Source: a bacterium (GTDB lineage Bacteria > Patescibacteriota > Minisyncoccia > Phycocordibacterales > GWA1-40-21). From it: a stretch of DNA of 64,000 bases. Position numbers and translations under genes: made by a program. The stretch lies in contig JBAXQJ010000001.1 in assembly GCA_037131755.1 (NCBI GenBank), positions 16,176 to 80,175 on the forward strand, given 5' to 3'. Below the pieces are notes generated by a model, which had not been told where the DNA came from, made no database searches, and was given only the letters and a program-made list of their open reading frames with translations. Of this stretch, positions 59,062 through 64,000 are shown one piece after another. The stretch's first letter is position 1; each line of letters opens with the position of its first letter.

Positions 59062-61344
59062 ATGCAAACACAAAAACTTAAAATCAAAGGCATGCATTGC
59101 GCTTCCTGCGCTTCGATCATCGAGCGCTCTTGCCGAAAAGTGGCCGGAGTAGAATCGGTCGAAGTGAATTACGGCTCCGAGACGGCAAAAGTTTCTTTCG
59201 ATGAGACTAAAGTTTCTCTGAATAATTTAGCTGAAAAAATCGAGCCACTCGGCTATTCATTTTCGCCGTTTGGTGCCAACCAGATGAATATGTCGGCTTC
59301 TGAGCACGCCGCACACCTTGGCCTGAACGAAAGCAAGAGAGAAAAACTGGCCGAGTTGAAAGCCTTAAAAGCTAAAGTTGTTTCTGTCATCCCTCTTGCC
59401 ATCATCAGCATTTTTGTCATGGCTTGGGATATTTCTTCCCAATTTAACTTAGTGTTGCCGATGACCGAAGTGTGGAAAGAATTCTTCCATCACTTGCTGC
59501 CGGTTTTTGCCACCTATGCCTTATTTGTAGTTGGCCAGCCTTATCTCGCTGGCGTCTACCGTTTTTTGCGACACGGCAAGGCGAACATGGATACTTTAAT
59601 CGGTATCGGCACCAGTGTCGCTTTTGTTTACAGCTTTATCGTCGGGGCGTTCGAAAACATTTTGAAACCATATTTGAATGTCGAAGCGATTTATTTTGAT
59701 GTGACAGTCGTGGTGATCGCTTTTATCACTCTTGGTAAGTATTTGGAAACTCGTTCCAAACTCAAGACCGGCAATGCTATTGAAAAACTTCTGGGCCTCC
59801 AAGCCAAGACGGCTCTCCTATGGCGGGATGGCCAGGAAACAGAGGTGCCGATAAGCGAGGTAAAAATTGGCGATATCGTGATCGTAAAGCCCGGTGGAAA
59901 AATTCCCGTTGACGGACAGATTATCGACGGGCAGTCGGCAATCGATGAATCGATGATCACTGGCGAGTCATTGCCGGTCGACAAGAAAATCGGCGATCAG
60001 GTGATCGGATCGACCATCAACAAGCAGGGAAGTTTTAAATTGCGAGCGAATAAAGTCGGATCGGAAACCATCCTCGCGCAAATTATAAAAATGGTGGAGG
60101 ATGCTCAGGGCTCGAAGGCGCCGATTCAAGCCTTGGCTGATAAGATTTCCGGGATTTTTGTGCCGATTGTTTTGGTCATCGCTTTTCTTTCTCTTTTGGC
60201 CTGGCTCTTGATCGGACCGAAATTTATGCCGTTTTCTCAGGCTTTGTCCATCGCCCTTACTTCCTTTGTCGGCATTTTGGTCATTGCTTGCCCATGCGCG
60301 CTAGGACTCGCGACGCCGACAGCAATCATTGTGGGGGTTGGCAAGGGGGCGGAGCATGGGATCCTGATAAAAAATGCCGAGAGTTTGGAAAAATTAAGCC
60401 AAGTAACAACCGTCGTCTTTGACAAGACCGGCACGATTACCAAGGGAGAATTGGCAGTGACTGAGGTGGTCACGCTTGATAAAAATATTGACGAAAAAAG
60501 TCTTATTCAAATCGCGGCCAGTCTGGAAAACCATTCCGGCCATCCGCTGGCGGAAGCGATTGTGAAAAGAGCTAGGACGGAAAAAATTAGTTTTCTCGAT
60601 GTCCAAAATTTCAAAGCCCTTGAGGGAGTCGGAGTCGAAGGAAATATCCTGAATGAAAAAATCGAAATCCACCGACCGCACAAAGACGATCAAAACATTC
60701 CCGCGATTACCAATTTGCAACAAGAGGGAAAGACGGTGGTGGTGATCAAGAAAAATAACCTGCAAATCGGTCTCATCGCCTTGGCCGATACTTTGAAAGC
60801 AGAAGCGGTGGAAGCGATAAAAAATCTCCACAAAAAAGGCTTGACGGTGGTGATGCTGACCGGAGACAATATGCTCGCTGCCAAGCATATCGGATCGCTC
60901 GCTGGAATAGACATGATCATTGCCGAAGTCTTGCCTCATGAAAAGGCAAATAAAATCAAAGCGCTTCAAGCGGAAGGAAATATCGTGGCGATGGCCGGCG
61001 ATGGCGTGAATGATGCGCCGGCTCTGGTCCAGGCGGATATCGGGATCGCGATGGCGACGGGGACGGACGTGGCGATGGAATCGGCCGGCATTACTTTATT
61101 GGGCGGTGACATAAGCAAGCTTTCCCAAGCCATAGATTTGGCCAAGGCGACAATGAAGACGGTCAGGCAAAATCTTTTTTGGGCTTTCATCTATAATATT
61201 GTCGGCATCCCGATTGCCGCTGGCGGCTTGTATCCTTTCTGGAAGATATTGCTGAACCCGATATTCGCGGGGTTGGCGATGGCTGGCAGCAGCGTGTCAG
61301 TAGTTTCCAATTCGCTTAGATTGAAGGTACTTAAGTTAAAATAA
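59062..61344 (+). CDS. copA: Cu(+)-translocating P1B ATPase
   Basis: [31 protein letters not shown]/MxxSS. Confidence 0.96.
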   Translation: MQTQKLKIKGMHCASCASIIERSCRKVAGVESVEVNYGSETAKVSFDETKVSLNNLAEKIEPLGYSFSPFGANQMNMSASEHAAHLGLNESKREKLAELKALKAKVVSVIPLAIISIFVMAWDISSQFNLVLPMTEVWKEFFHHLLPVFATYALFVVGQPYLAGVYRFLRHGKANMDTLIGIGTSVAFVYSFIVGAFENILKPYLNVEAIYFDVTVVVIAFITLGKYLETRSKLKTGNAIEKLLGLQAKTALLWRDGQETEVPISEVKIGDIVIVKPGGKIPVDGQIIDGQSAIDESMITGESLPVDKKIGDQVIGSTINKQGSFKLRANKVGSETILAQIIKMVEDAQGSKAPIQALADKISGIFVPIVLVIAFLSLLAWLLIGPKFMPFSQALSIALTSFVGILVIACPCALGLATPTAIIVGVGKGAEHGILIKNAESLEKLSQVTTVVFDKTGTITKGELAVTEVVTLDKNIDEKSLIQIAASLENHSGHPLAEAIVKRARTEKISFLDVQNFKALEGVGVEGNILNEKIEIHRPHKDDQNIPAITNLQQEGKTVVVIKKNNLQIGLIALADTLKAEAVEAIKNLHKKGLTVVMLTGDNMLAAKHIGSLAGIDMIIAEVLPHEKANKIKALQAEGNIVAMAGDGVNDAPALVQADIGIAMATGTDVAMESAGITLLGGDISKLSQAIDLAKATMKTVRQNLFWAFIYNIVGIPIAAGGLYPFWKILLNPIFAGLAMAGSSVSVVSNSLRLKVLKLK

Positions 61345-61348
61345 AACC

Positions 61349-62380
61349 ATGGATAAAAAAGAAACAAAGAAATATATTTTTCATGTTCAAGGGATGCACT
61401 GCAAAGCTTGCGGTTTGTTAATCACGGACAAACTATCAGAAGCTTACGGTATTTTGTCTGTAAATGTTGATGAAAATAATCATACGGTTGAGATCGAGAG
61501 TGTCGCCGGGCCGACGAGGGAACAGTTCCTAGCGGAACTTAATAAAATAGTAGCTAAAGACGGCTACCATCTTTCGATTGAGAAGAAAGCCTTCCGGCCG
61601 AAGTGGCGGGAATTTGCTTATGCGGTGCCGGCAGTCGCGATATTTGTTGCTGTTTTTGTCTGGTTGCAAAAAGCCGGTCTGGCCAGTCTGATTTCCGCAG
61701 ATAAGGTCAGTTTGCCGGTCGCGTTTGGTGTCGGTCTCGTCGCCTCTGTTTCATCGTGCTTGGCGGTCGTGGGCGGATTACTGCTTTCGGTTTCGGCAAA
61801 CTATGCCAAAGACGGTGAAAAAAAACAGCCCCAGATATTGTTTCATTTCGGCCGCCTGATTTCCTTTTTTGTCTTTGGCGGGGTGATCGGTCTCGTCGGA
61901 TCGGCTTTTACCCTAAGCGGTACGATGACTGCTGTACTTGGTCTGTTTGTCGGTTTGGTGATGCTGTCGCTCGGAATAAATCTTTTGGATATTTTCCCTT
62001 GGGCCAAAAAGATCCAAATCCATCTGCCAAAGTTTTTCACATCTACAGCTAGTAGCGTAAAAAACATTCAACACGGGCTTGCGCCGTTTCTTATTGGTAT
62101 GAGCACTTTCTTCTTGCCTTGCGGTTTCACTCAGTCGATGCAGATATACAGCTTGTCGACTGGTTCCTTTGTCCTGGGGGCGCTCACGATGACCGCTTTT
62201 GCTCTGGGAACATTGCCAGTCTTGGCGCTTATCAGCTTTACCTCTGTCGAGCTTGGCAAGAGTCGCTGGTCCGGGGTATTCTTTAAGGGGGCAGGACTCC
62301 TGGTAATACTTTTTGCCCTGCTGAATATCATGAATAGTTTGGTTGTGGTCGGGGCAATAAGGCCGTTATTTAATTTTTAA
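61349..62380 (+). CDS. HMA + DsbD_2/TauE-type membrane protein
   Basis: GMHCKAC, SSCLAVVGG, FFLPCGFTQ. Confidence 0.88.
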   Translation: MDKKETKKYIFHVQGMHCKACGLLITDKLSEAYGILSVNVDENNHTVEIESVAGPTREQFLAELNKIVAKDGYHLSIEKKAFRPKWREFAYAVPAVAIFVAVFVWLQKAGLASLISADKVSLPVAFGVGLVASVSSCLAVVGGLLLSVSANYAKDGEKKQPQILFHFGRLISFFVFGGVIGLVGSAFTLSGTMTAVLGLFVGLVMLSLGINLLDIFPWAKKIQIHLPKFFTSTASSVKNIQHGLAPFLIGMSTFFLPCGFTQSMQIYSLSTGSFVLGALTMTAFALGTLPVLALISFTSVELGKSRWSGVFFKGAGLLVILFALLNIMNSLVVVGAIRPLFNF

Positions 62381-62384
62381 TCTT

Positions 62385-62813
62385 ATGGCTAAAACAAAAA
62401 TAATCATCGCGGTCATAATCGCTGGAACATTGATTGCCTTGGCACTAATCCTGTCTAAAGGAAATTCATCTCCGGTTGCGGACGGTAGCGTAGCACCGGT
62501 AAAAATTCAAGAGAAGCCGGAGTCTGTTGTGCCAAGAATCGAAGGCAACACGCAGATTATCGAAATGACGGCAAAGGGTGGTTTTACGCCCGAGACAATC
62601 GTCGCCAAGGCTGGCGTGAAGACTATCTTGCGGGTCATAACGAGAGCGACTTATGATTGCTCGTCCTCTGTGTCTATCCCGGATTTGAATTATCGAAAAA
62701 TATTGCCGGCCTCCGGCACGACGGATATTGAAATTCCGGCCCAATCTGCTGGAAAAGAAATTCAAGGTACTTGCGGTATGGGGATGTATCGATTTTCTGT
62801 GAGATTCGAGTAG
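62385..62813 (+). CDS. Cupredoxin-domain protein
   Basis: GFTP, DCSS, TCGMGMY. Confidence 0.85.
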   Translation: MAKTKIIIAVIIAGTLIALALILSKGNSSPVADGSVAPVKIQEKPESVVPRIEGNTQIIEMTAKGGFTPETIVAKAGVKTILRVITRATYDCSSSVSIPDLNYRKILPASGTTDIEIPAQSAGKEIQGTCGMGMYRFSVRFE

Positions 62814-62874
62814 AAGCCAGGGATAGCTCTTGATGGTGAATTTGATTATGGTTTTTTAGTGATATAATTGAGGG

Positions 62875-63438
62875 ATGGAGACGGATAATATCGAAATAAT
62901 AAAAAATGGCGGGGTAGGAGTGATACCGACCGATACGGTGTACGGGTTGGCTTGTTCGGCTTTCAATGAATCGGCTCTCGAGAGGATGTTTGAAATAAAA
63001 GGGCGGGCGGAAAATAAACCGCCGGTTGTCCTGATTGCTGAAATGAAAGATTTGGAAAAATTTGGCGCCGAATTGTCCGACCGGGCCAAAATTTTGGTGA
63101 CAAAATTTTGGCCCGGTCCGGTCAGTATCATTCTACCGATTAAAAAAGAGCTAGCTTATCTGGATAAAGGCTTGGGCCTGGCCATCCGTCTGCCCGACAA
63201 TTCTCAATTGAGAGATTTTTTAAAGAAGACTGGACCACTGGCGACAACCAGTGCAAACTTGCAAGGCCAGCCGCCGGCCAAAAATATCGAAGAAGCCAGA
63301 AAGTATTTCGGCCGTCGCGTTGATTTTTACAAAGAAGGTTGTGACTTGTCCCAAACTGCTTCGACTCTAGTTAAAGTGAAAGGCGACAAGGTGGAGATTC
63401 TTCGACAGGGGACCTTGAGGATAGATAGCAATTTTTAA
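62875..63438 (+). CDS. tsaC: L-threonylcarbamoyladenylate synthase
   Basis: PTDTVYGL, KGR..KP, FWPGP, TTSAN, ASTLV. Confidence 0.93.
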   Translation: METDNIEIIKNGGVGVIPTDTVYGLACSAFNESALERMFEIKGRAENKPPVVLIAEMKDLEKFGAELSDRAKILVTKFWPGPVSIILPIKKELAYLDKGLGLAIRLPDNSQLRDFLKKTGPLATTSANLQGQPPAKNIEEARKYFGRRVDFYKEGCDLSQTASTLVKVKGDKVEILRQGTLRIDSNF

Positions 63439-63498
63439 TCAGTTTTTTTCGGCCGGTCGCCATTAGAGATTTTTCGGTATTTATGGTATCGTATTTTT

Positions 63499-64000
63499 AT
63501 GCAACAAACTATAACTCTAATCACTAAGCCGTCCAAGGATTACGAATTGATCGATTCTGGCGATGGGGAAAAGCTTGAGCGCTATGGCGCTTATGTTTTG
63601 CGCCGTCCGGATCCGCAAGCGCTTTGGAAGAAAAGTTTAACCGATGCCGAATGGAAAGCGGCCAATTATTCATTTATCCGTGAAGGTGACAGTGGGCGTT
63701 GGAAAACCAAAGAAGGTCTGCCGAAAGAATGGTCTATTGAAATGGATAAGTTGAAATTCTTGATCAAACCAACCGCTTTCAAGCATACGGGATTGTTTCC
63801 GGAAAATCAGCCAAATTGGAATTGGATTCAGGAGAAGATTTCTAAGAAGCTACAAGCTGATAAGTTACAAACTGTTAAAGTCTTGAATCTTTTCGGTTAT
63901 ACCGGCGGGGCAAGTCTCGCTGCTGCGAGTGCTGGAGCCGAAGTCGTGCACGTTGATGGTTCTAAAAGCGCAATCACTTGGGCAAAACAGAATGCTGAAG
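63499..64000 (+). CDS. SAM-dependent (RlmI/RlmK-like) methyltransferase, 5' part
   Basis: YELIDSGDGEKLERYG..RPDPQALW, FKHTGLFPE, VLNLFGYTGG. Confidence 0.88.
   Translation, partial: MQQTITLITKPSKDYELIDSGDGEKLERYGAYVLRRPDPQALWKKSLTDAEWKAANYSFIREGDSGRWKTKEGLPKEWSIEMDKLKFLIKPTAFKHTGLFPENQPNWNWIQEKISKKLQADKLQTVKVLNLFGYTGGASLAAASAGAEVVHVDGSKSAITWAKQNAE

Overview
Chromosomal segment of a small-genome bacterium, most likely Patescibacteria/Parcubacteria (inferred from gene content, many apparently leaderless genes and palindrome-rich spacers). The housekeeping backbone includes mutM, murE, ruvA, rpsT, engB, ruvX, pilMNO, rplS, rlmH, csoR-copA, tsaC and 6 tRNAs. Two accessory regions sit at the 3' ends of two tRNA-Arg genes. 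(1) A ~31.4 kb island (4467-35912) at tRNA-Arg(GCG) carries Gabija, an MmeI-like RM enzyme, a membrane protein + peptide deformylase pair, a VirD4/HerA-like ATPase, an Rhs toxin-immunity pair, a LamG adhesin and a Lamassu/ABC-3C system cut off mid-gene at the tRNA. (2) Two tandem 1.2-1.8 kb modules lie at tRNA-Arg(UCU). All three modules start at a (G)GCACAA core with the same headless-ORF + hairpin + XRE-HTH head, and no integrase gene is visible in the window. Four tRNAs are followed by a shared architecture of palindrome, inverted copy of their own 3' end (three with a 25-nt hairpin inserted at the same position) and distal direct copy. All calls come from reading motifs by eye; no database searches were run.
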